Shown: positions 37,293-47,534 of the stretch, piece after piece
Layout of the letters: the number at the start of each line of letters is the position of its first letter
Numbering within the stretch: position 1 is the first letter of the stretch
From: a virus
Taxonomy: Duplodnaviria; Caudoviricetes
Virus record (IMG/VR): IMGVR_UViG_3300032331_001429
Location: 1-56,894 of that record
DNA length: 56,894 nucleotides
Reading direction: 5' to 3' (one strand)
The notes under the pieces: model-generated
What the model saw: only the letters and a program-made list of their open reading frames with translations
The model's database searches: none
Told to the model about the DNA's origin: nothing
Program-made: the position numbers and the translations under genes

Positions 37293-38864
37293 TTAATCTG
37301 AAAAAGCCTGATCAATAGGCTTCTTTAAATTGTCCTGAGTCTTAGAAGGCTTTTTACTTCCAGCTTGGACAGTGTTCTTGCTATCGACAAGAATCGGTGA
37401 TGTTACCTTATCTTGTGAAACAATATCGTTGATGACCTTAGCGTCACTAGCTTCCTTTACTTGATTCTTTGCGTTAGCAAGTTCAAGGATCAGATCGGCT
37501 AACGAGTCTTTGAGCGAGTCTACAGAACGCTTAGATAGCTTCTCTGAGTAATCAGAAAACTTATCTACGCTATCTAGACCAGAAGCATCAGGCTTCTTCA
37601 ATTGCGCTCTAACCGATGCCAGTGCTGTTGCCAGCGCCTTTGACATCTCTACCTGCATATCCATCTGAGCCTTTGTCAGGCGTTCAATTTCAGATGTCTT
37701 AGTCTCAATCGTCTTCTCTAAGTTAGTAATCTTAGTAGATGCAGTGGACAGGTCCTGTTGCATCTTTTCTCTCTCTTTGGTAAGGGCCTCAAGCGAGGCG
37801 GACATGATAGCAGGATCTAACTTGCCATCTGTCACTTTGGTTTCCTTAGTTTCCATTGTTTTAGCTTCCTTAGCTTTAGATTTTATTTCGGTCCTTTCCG
37901 AATCCATATGTACATCCTGTTTAGACTTATTTAAGTGAGTCTGAGGGACATTGCTAGTCTCTTCAGATACTGAATTGTCTTCGTTAGGAGTAAGTTTTGG
38001 ACCGGCCATGTCTATAACTGATTTCTTATTAGCACTTATAGAAGTGCCTTTAAGAAGGTTATATTCCCCACTGTCGTCTTGAAGAGAGAAAGCGCGAACC
38101 ATCGCCTTTTTGCCTCTAGTCATAGACTCAATAAGGATGTTATCTTTTTTAAGTGCTTCAAATTTATTACAGTCTTCCCACTTAAAATTGATTAATTTTG
38201 CTGGTGGCTGGGCAGGCATATTTACAAAGCTGGCTTCATTATATTGCATGTTACCCGTTATGTAGTAACACATTCTGCCGCCTTCTTCGATAGCATCTTC
38301 AGCTTCCATCTCCTCGCCACCTGGTCCATAGACTTTACCAGGAGTATGCTCGCACTTAAATATATTACCACCACATACAGAGCAAGTTACCGAATCAGTG
38401 CTGTGACCTACCGATACGCTAAGATATCTGCCGTCAATAATTTTTTGAATAGACTCAGGATCAGTGATAATTGCATCAATGGTTACAACTCCAGAGCCCT
38501 TTGACCCCTCTGGATCTGGCGTCTCATAGTCATTCTCAAAGTCCCTTCCTGACTTTAAGGGAACAAATGTAGCCTTTACGATTCTACCGATAGGATCTTC
38601 GTTGATCGAGTGATGGCGGAGAACTGGCTTATCGTATTCAGCTTCACCACCAGAAGTCTTGCTAAAGAACGTCTTATATCCTTTTTGTACTTTGATACCA
38701 GGATATACTCTTCGGTTAGTTATAACTCCAGAATGGGTAGCATCCATCGATACTTTAAGTCTTGGATTCTTTCCATTGTTTACAACGCCAGCTATATCAC
38801 TTCTGATAGCCATGTCTGTTGGCTGGTCGACTAGTACAGAGTCAATGAATTTAAATGCTTTCAC
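37293..38864 (-). CDS. Prohead maturation protease fused to C-terminal scaffold
   Basis: 523 aa; ATHSG..NRRVY, HH...PIGRI, IIDGRYLSVSVG, CSVCG...CEH, EASFVNMPA; coiled-coil C-terminal half. Confidence 0.85.
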   Translation of the reverse strand: MKAFKFIDSVLVDQPTDMAIRSDIAGVVNNGKNPRLKVSMDATHSGVITNRRVYPGIKVQKGYKTFFSKTSGGEAEYDKPVLRHHSINEDPIGRIVKATFVPLKSGRDFENDYETPDPEGSKGSGVVTIDAIITDPESIQKIIDGRYLSVSVGHSTDSVTCSVCGGNIFKCEHTPGKVYGPGGEEMEAEDAIEEGGRMCYYITGNMQYNEASFVNMPAQPPAKLINFKWEDCNKFEALKKDNILIESMTRGKKAMVRAFSLQDDSGEYNLLKGTSISANKKSVIDMAGPKLTPNEDNSVSEETSNVPQTHLNKSKQDVHMDSERTEIKSKAKEAKTMETKETKVTDGKLDPAIMSASLEALTKEREKMQQDLSTASTKITNLEKTIETKTSEIERLTKAQMDMQVEMSKALATALASVRAQLKKPDASGLDSVDKFSDYSEKLSKRSVDSLKDSLADLILELANAKNQVKEASDAKVINDIVSQDKVTSPILVDSKNTVQAGSKKPSKTQDNLKKPIDQAFSD

Positions 38865-38866
38865 TA

Positions 38867-40978
38867 CTAGGATTCTCCTAAAGGTAATCTTATCTCACAC
38901 TCTACATTTTTATCCGTAGGAATAAACTCTTTATAGATTACATCCGATATATCTATTTGCTCAACTACTTCTTTGCTGGTATTGTCTACCAATTCAATAA
39001 ATTTGTAACCCATTCTTTTTGCAAATCTTATGAAACCATATCTAAAAGAAGTATCTACCTGATCTTTAAGTAACGATTCAATAGATTTTTTGATGATCTC
39101 TATATTTTTGATGGCTAAGAATGAGCTAGAATTCTCGTCTGCATCTGGAGTTAAACTTTTGATTATAGGAGCCTTATGAGGATTCAGTACTTTCCAGTAT
39201 GATCCGGTTATAAAGTTAGTCTTAAATCTAGAGATTGCTCTTTCTCCAATTGGCTCAACCTCATCCTTGAAATCAGGATTTTGCTCTAAATATTGCTCCT
39301 TAGCAACAGAGAAGCCAGAGTCTACTATATCAAGCAAACTATCTGAAGTTGAATTCACACAGTCTTTTACGAATGTAACTAGTGCGGCATTTACAGCATC
39401 TTCAATAGTCAGTTCTCCAGTTGGTGTTATACTCATTATAGACTTTTTAAGAACGTCTATGTGACTTTCTACAGAAGTCATTAAGTCATTCTTAGTAAAT
39501 CTACTTTTAACTTTAGACCCATACTGATTTTTTGGCTTGGCCTTGTTTGCGGTAGCGTTAGAAACCGACTTAACAGGAGAGCTAGGCGCTGCTGGTGCCA
39601 TACCTGCCTTTGCCTTAGCGGTGACCTTTGCTAGCTTGATTTGATTCTCAAGCTGCTTAGTCATAACAGTATCTAGAACTTCTTCATCTGTAAGAGCAGG
39701 CTTGTTTAGATAATCTCTTCTAAATTCTTCAATAGTTATAGCACTGCCTAGCATAAGCTGGAGTCCTTGATTCTGCTGGGCTCTCTCTTCTTCCTTTGTA
39801 ATGTGTGGGAAGGCAAAGTAAGCCATATTATCAAGGGTTACATCAAAACCACCTTCTAAGAGCAAGGGAACCACTAGGAATTGAGTGAGGGCCGCTGAAA
39901 TAGCAACCTGGTAGTCCTGAGCTGAGTCCTCAAGATTTTGACTTACGCTTGTAGCAGTTCCTCTATTAGCTGTATCTCCTCTACCTAAATCTAGAGGCGA
40001 GAGAGATAAGCCACCCAAAACTCTAGCCTCAAAATATTGCAACAAAGGCTCTAAGTCCATAGAAGACTTATCTCTGCTTATAAGGTGGACATCATGTCTT
40101 TCACTTGTTATAATATAACCTTGAGAAGGCATTGATTCTAGCTGAGCAAGTACAGTATCAACCTCGTTAGATCCATCGTCATAGATCATCGCGGGTCTAT
40201 CAGGTGTACCTACCTTGTAGTGGTAGAGAGGGAATGCTTCTCTTTCTGCTAAAACTAAGCAAAGTTCTTCTAACTTTCTAAGTGCTCTAATATCATCTAG
40301 AACACTAATTAAATAAGGAGTACCAAAGGTAAATCCAGTCTTTCTATCTATGGCCACATGGATAATATCTTCTACATCAAATATCTTTTCAACTTTTTGA
40401 CCGTCTGTGCTATATAGGGCCTGTCTCCACTTTATAGGAGTTCCATAGATATCAACCTCTACTTCAGCAGTTAGAGGATCCATGACAAAGATACCAGCTA
40501 TTGGGTTTATAGTTCTGCCAAACATCCTAATAGGCTTACCAGAAGATCTTGATTCATCTCTTCTGATAGCTAGGTATCCATTATGGTACATGATAACATT
40601 AGTTATAAACTCCCTAAGCCACGTTAGTGTGGGTATGCCGCTGATAAGAGCAATCTCATATAGTCTATTTTTTACATAGTTAATTGTCTTTTCATTCTTT
40701 CCTATAATGTCGTAACCTTCTTTAAGTATATTAATTCTATGCTTCCGCACAGAGTTCATGACATAAGGTTCGACGTCGGCTGCCCTTGCTATTTCCGAAA
40801 GGTCATAGAGAGGAGCAATAAATTTAGAGTTTCTTGTAAAGTTCTCTGTATAACCTTTAGATTCATAGCTCTTAGTCCTGCCAAGAATTTTGCTTCTTTT
40901 CTGAAGCGCTACCTGTATATTGTTTATGGTAGCCTGTGACAGGGCTAGTTTAATATCCTTAAGCTTTATATTAGCCAT
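38867..40978 (-). CDS. Portal protein
   Basis: 703 aa; NGYLAI, IFVMDP, EDIIHVAIDR..GFTFGTPYL.SVLDDIRALRKLEE, LGRGDTANRGTA; position between terminase and protease. Confidence 0.85.
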   Translation of the reverse strand: MANIKLKDIKLALSQATINNIQVALQKRSKILGRTKSYESKGYTENFTRNSKFIAPLYDLSEIARAADVEPYVMNSVRKHRINILKEGYDIIGKNEKTINYVKNRLYEIALISGIPTLTWLREFITNVIMYHNGYLAIRRDESRSSGKPIRMFGRTINPIAGIFVMDPLTAEVEVDIYGTPIKWRQALYSTDGQKVEKIFDVEDIIHVAIDRKTGFTFGTPYLISVLDDIRALRKLEELCLVLAEREAFPLYHYKVGTPDRPAMIYDDGSNEVDTVLAQLESMPSQGYIITSERHDVHLISRDKSSMDLEPLLQYFEARVLGGLSLSPLDLGRGDTANRGTATSVSQNLEDSAQDYQVAISAALTQFLVVPLLLEGGFDVTLDNMAYFAFPHITKEEERAQQNQGLQLMLGSAITIEEFRRDYLNKPALTDEEVLDTVMTKQLENQIKLAKVTAKAKAGMAPAAPSSPVKSVSNATANKAKPKNQYGSKVKSRFTKNDLMTSVESHIDVLKKSIMSITPTGELTIEDAVNAALVTFVKDCVNSTSDSLLDIVDSGFSVAKEQYLEQNPDFKDEVEPIGERAISRFKTNFITGSYWKVLNPHKAPIIKSLTPDADENSSSFLAIKNIEIIKKSIESLLKDQVDTSFRYGFIRFAKRMGYKFIELVDNTSKEVVEQIDISDVIYKEFIPTDKNVECEIRLPLGES

Positions 40979-40983
40979 ATTAG

Positions 40984-42924
40984 CTATTCTTCATTTAGGA
41001 TCGATTTTAGTTTATTGACGATTTCGTCGAGAGCATCTTTAGGAAGGGGATCTGCACAAGCTTTTCCTTCCTTGCTCTTAGAATTTTGCATGTCTAGTAT
41101 TCCGTATTTAAACTTAAGTCTTTGACTGGTCTTAGATTGTAAATCTGGAAAGTATTTCTCAATTTCTTGATTGCTTAAGTTTAAAGTAGGAGGCGGCTTA
41201 CCTATAATTTTGTAGATTACATCAGCGGCTGTAAGGTCTTTTATTTCTACGTTTGTTAATGGAACTGTCCCGTCATCGGTTCCTGAGGTATCGCATACCT
41301 TTGCCACATCTATTCTTGCAGCCACTACCTCAAGTATTCTAGCTATGCCTAACAAATGTCTTCTATCTGCTGCTACCGACCAAGTCATGTTAGCTCCCAT
41401 GCCATAGTCGTTAATGATAGATATAATCTCTCTGATCAGTTCTTTGATCATTTTAAACAGGGCTTGGATAGAATTAATAATAGCCCATCCTATACTAAGT
41501 AGACCTATACACTGTTCCAGTCCTGGTATGCTCACAGTAAAAGTTTTTACTAGTTTTAGTAAAACTTCTTGCATCACCTTATCCATCTGAGCAACTAACT
41601 CAAATATAGCCGCCATCAACATATTAGAGATTGCTTTCTTTATAGCATTGAGGAGATTTGCTATCTCTCCAGCCAGGTCCATACACAGTATTCTTAATAC
41701 TGCCGCAATAGTTCGTAGCATGTCTGTGTCGTTGAATGCGCCAAACAAAGACACTAGACAGCATATATCTTGATCAGTAATTTGGTACATAAAAGCATTA
41801 AGAATATCATCATAGATAGTATCGCTTTTTTCTTTAAGAGTCTTAGTAACACTTACTAATTGTATAGATATATCTATTTTTGGAAAACTAGTATCAGTGG
41901 TATCTGTTGTTGTAGAAGATATATTAGGGTTTTCTCCTCCTGCTCTTATTGAAGAAAACTTTTGAGAATAGGCATCTGCGTTGTTTAAAGCTCCTCTAAC
42001 TAATTGTTGATTTTGAGATACATGCAAATAAGCAATCCAATGATCTATAGTAAGATAACCGTTGGGCTCAATAAGTCCACCGTAGCGGCTGTAGTAATCT
42101 CCTACATAGTCTACAATTTTTTTGTTATCGTTTGATAAAAACGAATTTTTCAGATCTTGATGATCTATGCCAACTGCCTCTAAAGCTCTACTTCTTTCTT
42201 CCTCACTATTGGCCAGTTTGTTTACATCTTCTTCTGGAATTTTGACATTTAAAGATTTTAATAACTCCATAATTTTATAGACTTTAAACCCTAGCTCTAG
42301 TAGCAATGCTATACCGGCTGATACTTTAACATAATGTGCAACTTTGGCCTCAAATTCTTCTTCTGTAAGAACACCAAAGACATCTAGTAAAAAAGGAGCC
42401 ATAATTAATGTAGCAAGGAAAGCTCCTTCTACTCCACTGCCTTCTATAAAGGCTTGGAGCATACCCTTCTGAGTAGTTGTCTGCGTAGTATTTGATATCA
42501 ACTCCCGCTGCCCTGGTCCAGTAACTGGTATTCCAGTATTAAAATATCTTCTTCGTATTTCCCATTTCTTGGCATATATTTCATCTACACATTTTTGAAA
42601 CATTGAATAAGTTATAATAGTGCCATCGTTAGACTGTTCCTTATTTAATCTTCTAGCTGCTGCTGCAACTTCTCCGGCGCTAGCTTCAATTGGGATATAG
42701 TTAGCTGGATCCATACCAGCTAAGCCCTTCTTTAGTTTTTCTCCCTTTAGATATGTTGTAGCTAACTGTCTAAATATTTCATAGGTAGCTTCTTCTCTAC
42801 TATCTACCGGAGGAGGCTTTAGATCAGCCTTAGGAGTATTTGAATCATATGGAACGTTATCTTCAACAAGTTTTCTTGGCTTGTCAAATTCTGGGATACC
42901 GTTATAACCTATTTTTTGAGCCAT
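40984..42924 (-). CDS. Hypothetical helical protein between terminase and portal
   Basis: 646 aa, amphipathic helices, hydrophobic segments (AFLATLIMAPFLLDVFGVL) and several Cys; 1-nt overlap with terL. Confidence 0.5.
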   Translation of the reverse strand: MAQKIGYNGIPEFDKPRKLVEDNVPYDSNTPKADLKPPPVDSREEATYEIFRQLATTYLKGEKLKKGLAGMDPANYIPIEASAGEVAAAARRLNKEQSNDGTIITYSMFQKCVDEIYAKKWEIRRRYFNTGIPVTGPGQRELISNTTQTTTQKGMLQAFIEGSGVEGAFLATLIMAPFLLDVFGVLTEEEFEAKVAHYVKVSAGIALLLELGFKVYKIMELLKSLNVKIPEEDVNKLANSEEERSRALEAVGIDHQDLKNSFLSNDNKKIVDYVGDYYSRYGGLIEPNGYLTIDHWIAYLHVSQNQQLVRGALNNADAYSQKFSSIRAGGENPNISSTTTDTTDTSFPKIDISIQLVSVTKTLKEKSDTIYDDILNAFMYQITDQDICCLVSLFGAFNDTDMLRTIAAVLRILCMDLAGEIANLLNAIKKAISNMLMAAIFELVAQMDKVMQEVLLKLVKTFTVSIPGLEQCIGLLSIGWAIINSIQALFKMIKELIREIISIINDYGMGANMTWSVAADRRHLLGIARILEVVAARIDVAKVCDTSGTDDGTVPLTNVEIKDLTAADVIYKIIGKPPPTLNLSNQEIEKYFPDLQSKTSQRLKFKYGILDMQNSKSKEGKACADPLPKDALDEIVNKLKSILNEE

Positions 42925-44795
42925 TAGAAACCTTTTCTCTTAAAGCTGCCGCCTAGACCTTTTCTGCCCGAACTTCTGTTTGTATTGCTTCTCATTACTT
43001 GATTATATTTTGATCCTAGACGCTGAGAAGCTATATCAAAGTCCCTAGGAGCCGGTGGCTTGCCTTGTTGACTAACTTTTCCAGTAGTTCTTTCTAGACG
43101 CCATTTCATAGCATCTTCTATTCTTTCTTTTTCTGTAGCACCAAGTTCTGGAGCACTTTTTCCATCTACCTTGACACCTATAATTCTTGTAGAATACTCT
43201 ACTTGCTTTAGGTCGCCTTCTTCTAATACGAAGCAAGCACAAGCAATCATAAATGCTGTTAAGGTGTGATCTTCGCCCTGACTAAATCTTGCCAAGCCAT
43301 ATATAGAATAGTTTTCTACCCTATAGTTTCTCATTTGCTGAATAAGTCCCATTTGCTTAGAATCAACAGTGCTTATAGTGTCTTCTGATTTAGGTAGGAT
43401 AATTGCACCATCCTCTAAAAGTTTTACAGTTTGTTGAACTATAAATTGCTTAGCAAACTTTTTAACAGGTTGAGCAGTTATAGGATCCAGTATTTCCACA
43501 TTTTGATTCATGTGCAGGGCCTGTACTTTATGAGTCAGTCCTGACATAGGATTCTTTTGACCATATCTCTTAAGCATTTCTATTTGAGTTGTGCCATAAC
43601 CGGCATCTGCAAATATGTGCTTAAACTTCCATATCTCGTTCAGTCTTATGATTTCATTGACAGACTCAGTTTGCATGTACTCAGATTCTTGTATAATAAT
43701 TTTATTTACTAGTTTGAGCCTGCCTGCGTTCCATCCCATAATAACCATATGGGTACCAGCGCTCTTATTCCAATCTATGCCTAGTACATACTTCCAGTCT
43801 CCTTCTGGAGTTGTTGTATACTGATAATCTTGTATAGATTTATCAATATGACGTCTCTTAAAGACACCGTCTTCTAGGTCTCCAAAGTCAGCTAAGAACT
43901 CATGAGTAAAAGCCGCTTCGTTATATGAGTTTCTAAAGTATTGTTCTTGCTGATCTGTCCAAGTAGGATTTTCTGCTGATATGAACCAAAACTCTTTATA
44001 GCCTATATCTTTATTTACTACATAGCTATAGAACTTTTTACGCCAACCTTGTGGAGTAGACGCAGCAATTACTCTGGCATCTGGGTGAGACGCCAAGATA
44101 GCCATAATAGCGTCAATATCTTTTTCTTTGATAAAGTCTAATTCGTCAATTATAATTAAGTGTGCGTCTTGTCCTCTGATTTTATCAGCGCCATTTGAAC
44201 TAGCTGGACCGGCAGAGAATCCGAGTGCTTTTGATCCATTCTTCAGTTCTACAAGATTAGGACCTTTAGTGGATCTTGCTATAGAGTTAGTTATATTCTG
44301 ACTCTTCTTTATAAACTTGCGCATCTCATCAAAAAACCTACTTACTAGACGCTCGCTAGGAGCGATTACTAGAACTGTGTGGTTGTCGTTGGTGCATAAC
44401 TCAAACAGTATCTCGATAACCATTGTCTCCGATTTACCGGCACGACGACCACCCCTGATCAGCTTCTTATCAGCTGTGCAAGATAGTATTCTTTCCTGAT
44501 ACCATCTAGGTTCCCACTCAAACTCAGAGTAGGCCCAGCTTATTGGGTCAGATATAATTTTTGCTAGCTCGTACTCATCGTTGTCCCTAAAATCAGTAGG
44601 ATTTAAGGAGTTAGCAACATTGGATATGTGTCTTTTACAGTTAGGCGGGAACGGAGATTTAGATACACCTGTTTTGTAGAGCTTATCATAGTAGGCAATG
44701 CAATTTCCACACAGATCCCCCGGAGGAGCTTCTTTTAATGGCTTAAAATTTAATGCTTTATAGTCTATCTCTGGAATGTATTGTATATCAGTCAT
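42924..44795 (-). CDS. terL: Terminase large subunit
   Basis: 623 aa; PRWYQ adenine-binding motif, Walker A GGRRAGKS, Walker B LIIIDE, coupling motif ASTP, nuclease LGIDW and ADAGYG; no intein visible. Confidence 0.95.
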   Translation of the reverse strand: MTDIQYIPEIDYKALNFKPLKEAPPGDLCGNCIAYYDKLYKTGVSKSPFPPNCKRHISNVANSLNPTDFRDNDEYELAKIISDPISWAYSEFEWEPRWYQERILSCTADKKLIRGGRRAGKSETMVIEILFELCTNDNHTVLVIAPSERLVSRFFDEMRKFIKKSQNITNSIARSTKGPNLVELKNGSKALGFSAGPASSNGADKIRGQDAHLIIIDELDFIKEKDIDAIMAILASHPDARVIAASTPQGWRKKFYSYVVNKDIGYKEFWFISAENPTWTDQQEQYFRNSYNEAAFTHEFLADFGDLEDGVFKRRHIDKSIQDYQYTTTPEGDWKYVLGIDWNKSAGTHMVIMGWNAGRLKLVNKIIIQESEYMQTESVNEIIRLNEIWKFKHIFADAGYGTTQIEMLKRYGQKNPMSGLTHKVQALHMNQNVEILDPITAQPVKKFAKQFIVQQTVKLLEDGAIILPKSEDTISTVDSKQMGLIQQMRNYRVENYSIYGLARFSQGEDHTLTAFMIACACFVLEEGDLKQVEYSTRIIGVKVDGKSAPELGATEKERIEDAMKWRLERTTGKVSQQGKPPAPRDFDIASQRLGSKYNQVMRSNTNRSSGRKGLGGSFKRKGF

Positions 44796-44798
44796 ATA

Positions 44799-45548
44799 TC
44801 AGATTGCTACAGTCTTAACTGCGCACCCTTGCGTCCAAGCACCGCAATCTTTACAAAAGTATCTATGAAACTTGTTACATTTTGTATAGTTATATCCTCT
44901 TCGCTGTACGTTATGTGAACCACAGCAATGGCAGACATCAGTAGACTCTTCTGTTACTCTAGGATGTATCTTAAGCCAAGATCTAAGTCTCATATATACT
45001 TTTTCTAGCAACAGCACATCTTGCTTATTATACTTCTTCATTTTAGCCCAGGCTTTCTTGTTGCCTTGCATACACTCTTCCCATAACTTAAACCCACCTG
45101 TGCTGACTTTTTCGCCCACGCCTAAGATTTTACCTAGGTCATCTAGTCTGTTGCTGTCAAATGCAAAATATTTTCTTGCGATTTTTAAAGTGTCTATCGT
45201 CTTATATGGACTAGGCGGATTTAGGCCATGAACCAAGAATCTTGCGTTGGACTTCTTTATATCAAACTTATCACCATTGTGAGCAATTATTATATCTGCC
45301 TCATCCATTAAAGCCCACAGTTTCTCAACAAGATACTTATCATTTTCTTTATTTTTTGAGTAACCTGGGAAGTCAGGTAAGGCATAGTTCATAATCTTAT
45401 TAGAGCCTAACCATTTTGCAGCAAATGATAAAATATACCAATGCTGCTCAAAACTGATTACATCTTGTTCAAATTTACCCCATACCCAGCCCAAAGACGG
45501 AGCTGTTTCTATGTCAAATATTAGTACCTTAAGTTTACTAGGGAACAT
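44799..45548 (-). CDS. RNase H-fold DEDD 3'-5' exonuclease with C-terminal zinc ribbon
   Basis: 249 aa; ExoI FDIET, ExoII AHNGDKFD, ExoIII YNKQD; CHCC...CKDC. Confidence 0.88.
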   Translation of the reverse strand: MFPSKLKVLIFDIETAPSLGWVWGKFEQDVISFEQHWYILSFAAKWLGSNKIMNYALPDFPGYSKNKENDKYLVEKLWALMDEADIIIAHNGDKFDIKKSNARFLVHGLNPPSPYKTIDTLKIARKYFAFDSNRLDDLGKILGVGEKVSTGGFKLWEECMQGNKKAWAKMKKYNKQDVLLLEKVYMRLRSWLKIHPRVTEESTDVCHCCGSHNVQRRGYNYTKCNKFHRYFCKDCGAWTQGCAVKTVAI

Positions 45549-45578
45549 CGATTTTATCCTTTTAACGGCTTATATAAA

Positions 45579-45586
45579 TTACGTGT
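45579..45586 (-). promoter_or_regulatory. Intergenic ACACGTAA motif (candidate promoter/operator)
   Basis: TTACGTGT on + strand, about 30 nt upstream of the exonuclease start; recurs at 54015, 54976 and (7-mer) 24636. Confidence 0.35.
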
Positions 45587-45592
45587 GATAAA

Positions 45593-46249
45593 TTACCGAT
45601 GCATAAATTGTGCTTCGTTCCCTATAACCTGACGAACGTTCATCATAGAGTCATGTATAGCCATCACGGCTCTTTGACGCATGGTGTAGGAACCTTGACT
45701 ATCTAGCGCGGTCCCTGAGCTAGTCATAAATTGTTGTTCTTTTTGAGCCGCAACTTTGCTAATACCTGGGGTCGCAAGAGCCTCTATTAACTCAAAGCCT
45801 GCGGATAGAAGCATTGTTATACCAATTCCTCTAAATAGACCTCTAGAGCCTCTTAAGTTTCTTGTAAAAGCTTTTTCTGCTTTTGTAATATTTGGATCGT
45901 ATTTTCTACTGACGGCCTTGAGTTCGGTATTTCTTTGTGCTCTGACTCTTCTAAAATCTGCAGCTTTTCTCTTTCTGACGTCGCTACCTTTAGTAGCCTT
46001 CTTTATATCAATTTTATCAATACCTTCTACAGCTCTTTTGTACTTACCTACTATCTCACTTCTTTGTTTAATAAGATTTTTTCTTGGAGAAATATTCTTA
46101 CGAAAATATTCTACAGCATGCTTTTCAAAGCTAGAGTGAATAGTTTTATCAAATAGAAACGCACCGACTAAACCTGCTACTCCAGAGTTTATAGTGCTAT
46201 CATAGTCATATCCGCCACTTGGGCTAAGTAGGGCTTCAACATTTACCAT
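45593..46249 (-). CDS. Basic hypothetical protein with two hydrophobic segments (possible internal virion protein)
   Basis: 218 aa; Lys/Arg-rich core flanked by GVAGLVGAFLF and GLFRGIGITMLLSAGF. Confidence 0.5.
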   Translation of the reverse strand: MVNVEALLSPSGGYDYDSTINSGVAGLVGAFLFDKTIHSSFEKHAVEYFRKNISPRKNLIKQRSEIVGKYKRAVEGIDKIDIKKATKGSDVRKRKAADFRRVRAQRNTELKAVSRKYDPNITKAEKAFTRNLRGSRGLFRGIGITMLLSAGFELIEALATPGISKVAAQKEQQFMTSSGTALDSQGSYTMRQRAVMAIHDSMMNVRQVIGNEAQFMHR

Positions 46250-47532
46250 TACATTCTCCTTCTATTGTTGTGAATAGATTGGACAATACCTGCCGTAGAG
46301 TAATTTAATTTACTAGTTGCCGATTCTCTTGCATAACTAACATCTTCTATATTTCCCTCTGCAGCAGCGTAATGTTGCCTGCTTAATCCGATTGCAGCGC
46401 CTGCGGTTAGAGCTCCAGCACCTGCAATTGACTCTACAGGATACTTTGTTACAAATTTGCCTATTGCTTTACCTGCTGGCGATAATGTTAGTCCAAGTCC
46501 TACACTAGCAATTGCCATACCAAGACCAAAAGGAGAATCTGCTGCCCCTAGTACACTTGCTCCAGCTGCACCAGCTATTATTGCTGTTCCTAAAGGAATA
46601 GTGTGCACTCCTCCAATAAAAGCGCCAGTCTTTTCTAATCTTTTTTGAGCTCTAGTTAATCTTCCTTGCGCATACTTTCTTTGAGCACTTCTTGGGACAA
46701 CAGATCCTCTACTTAAATATTCTTGCTGAGATCCTCTTAACTGAGCTTCCTTACGCGCATTTAGTTGTTGCTGGCGTCTTTCTGCTCTAGTTCTTGGTGT
46801 TCTTCCACTTCTAGCAGTTGCTTCAGCTCGTCTAGAAGCTCTACTTGTTGCTGTGGGTCTTATTGGCGCAGTTGCTGTTGGGGAAACGGGCCTACTTATT
46901 CTTGCGTAAGTAGCTTCCCTTCTTCTTGCTCTGCCATAGACTGCACTAGCTCTTCTAAATTTTTTAAATTGTTTAGCTCCGGCAATCGCTCCTTGTACGG
47001 GATTAATTCCCAGAAGTGATTCTATACCTAAAAAAGTTCCAGCTCCTCTCACAATACTAGCTGCTGTTCCAGCGGCTGTCCCATACTGAGAAGTATATGC
47101 TTGTTCCCCCATATAGGATCTTTGCATTTCTGCTCTATTCTCAATAAAAGCTCCTCCAACTTGGCCTGCAGCGTAGAATCCGGCAGCTGGTAGGAGCCTA
47201 TTTAATCCAAAGTTTATTGCACGCTGTCTAGAAGCATAAGCTCTCTCGTATCTTGCTGTATTTTCCGCTAATCTAGGGGATCTAGCGAAGCTCATGCCTT
47301 CCTTCCGCATGATCCTTTCTTGATAATCAGCCGACCGATTTATAATTCTATTAGCAGTCTGCTCTTCCCTCCCTAAAATTCTTCCTACTTTTCTAGAAGA
47401 AGCTCTACCTGCTGCTTTTAATTCTTGCCCGGTAAGTCCTGTAGCATATCTAATGAAGTGACCAGCGTCACCTGCTGCTCCTAGGCCTTTTTCTAGGACA
47501 GAACCTAAGCCTTTAAATAGTGCACCAAGCAT
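46249..47532 (-). CDS. Arg-rich glycine-zipper protein (possible internal virion/ejection protein)
   Basis: 427 aa; very Arg-rich centre; three C-terminal Gly/Ala hydrophobic helices. Confidence 0.55.
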   Translation of the reverse strand: MLGALFKGLGSVLEKGLGAAGDAGHFIRYATGLTGQELKAAGRASSRKVGRILGREEQTANRIINRSADYQERIMRKEGMSFARSPRLAENTARYERAYASRQRAINFGLNRLLPAAGFYAAGQVGGAFIENRAEMQRSYMGEQAYTSQYGTAAGTAASIVRGAGTFLGIESLLGINPVQGAIAGAKQFKKFRRASAVYGRARRREATYARISRPVSPTATAPIRPTATSRASRRAEATARSGRTPRTRAERRQQQLNARKEAQLRGSQQEYLSRGSVVPRSAQRKYAQGRLTRAQKRLEKTGAFIGGVHTIPLGTAIIAGAAGASVLGAADSPFGLGMAIASVGLGLTLSPAGKAIGKFVTKYPVESIAGAGALTAGAAIGLSRQHYAAAEGNIEDVSYARESATSKLNYSTAGIVQSIHNNRRRM

Positions 47533-47534
47533 GG

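Noticed and set aside
42924-44795. Intein or intron in terL, portal or capsid
   Set aside because: Lengths are ordinary, motifs are contiguous and no intein splice-junction or homing endonuclease motifs are visible.
22541-44801. TGA recoding / alternative genetic code, suggested by in-frame TGA junctions at 22541, 29197 and 44799
   Set aside because: Very long ORFs are open in the standard code with near-complete coding density, and TGA is used in TGATG stop/start overlaps (881, 4108, 5218); in-frame neighbours arise one time in three by chance.
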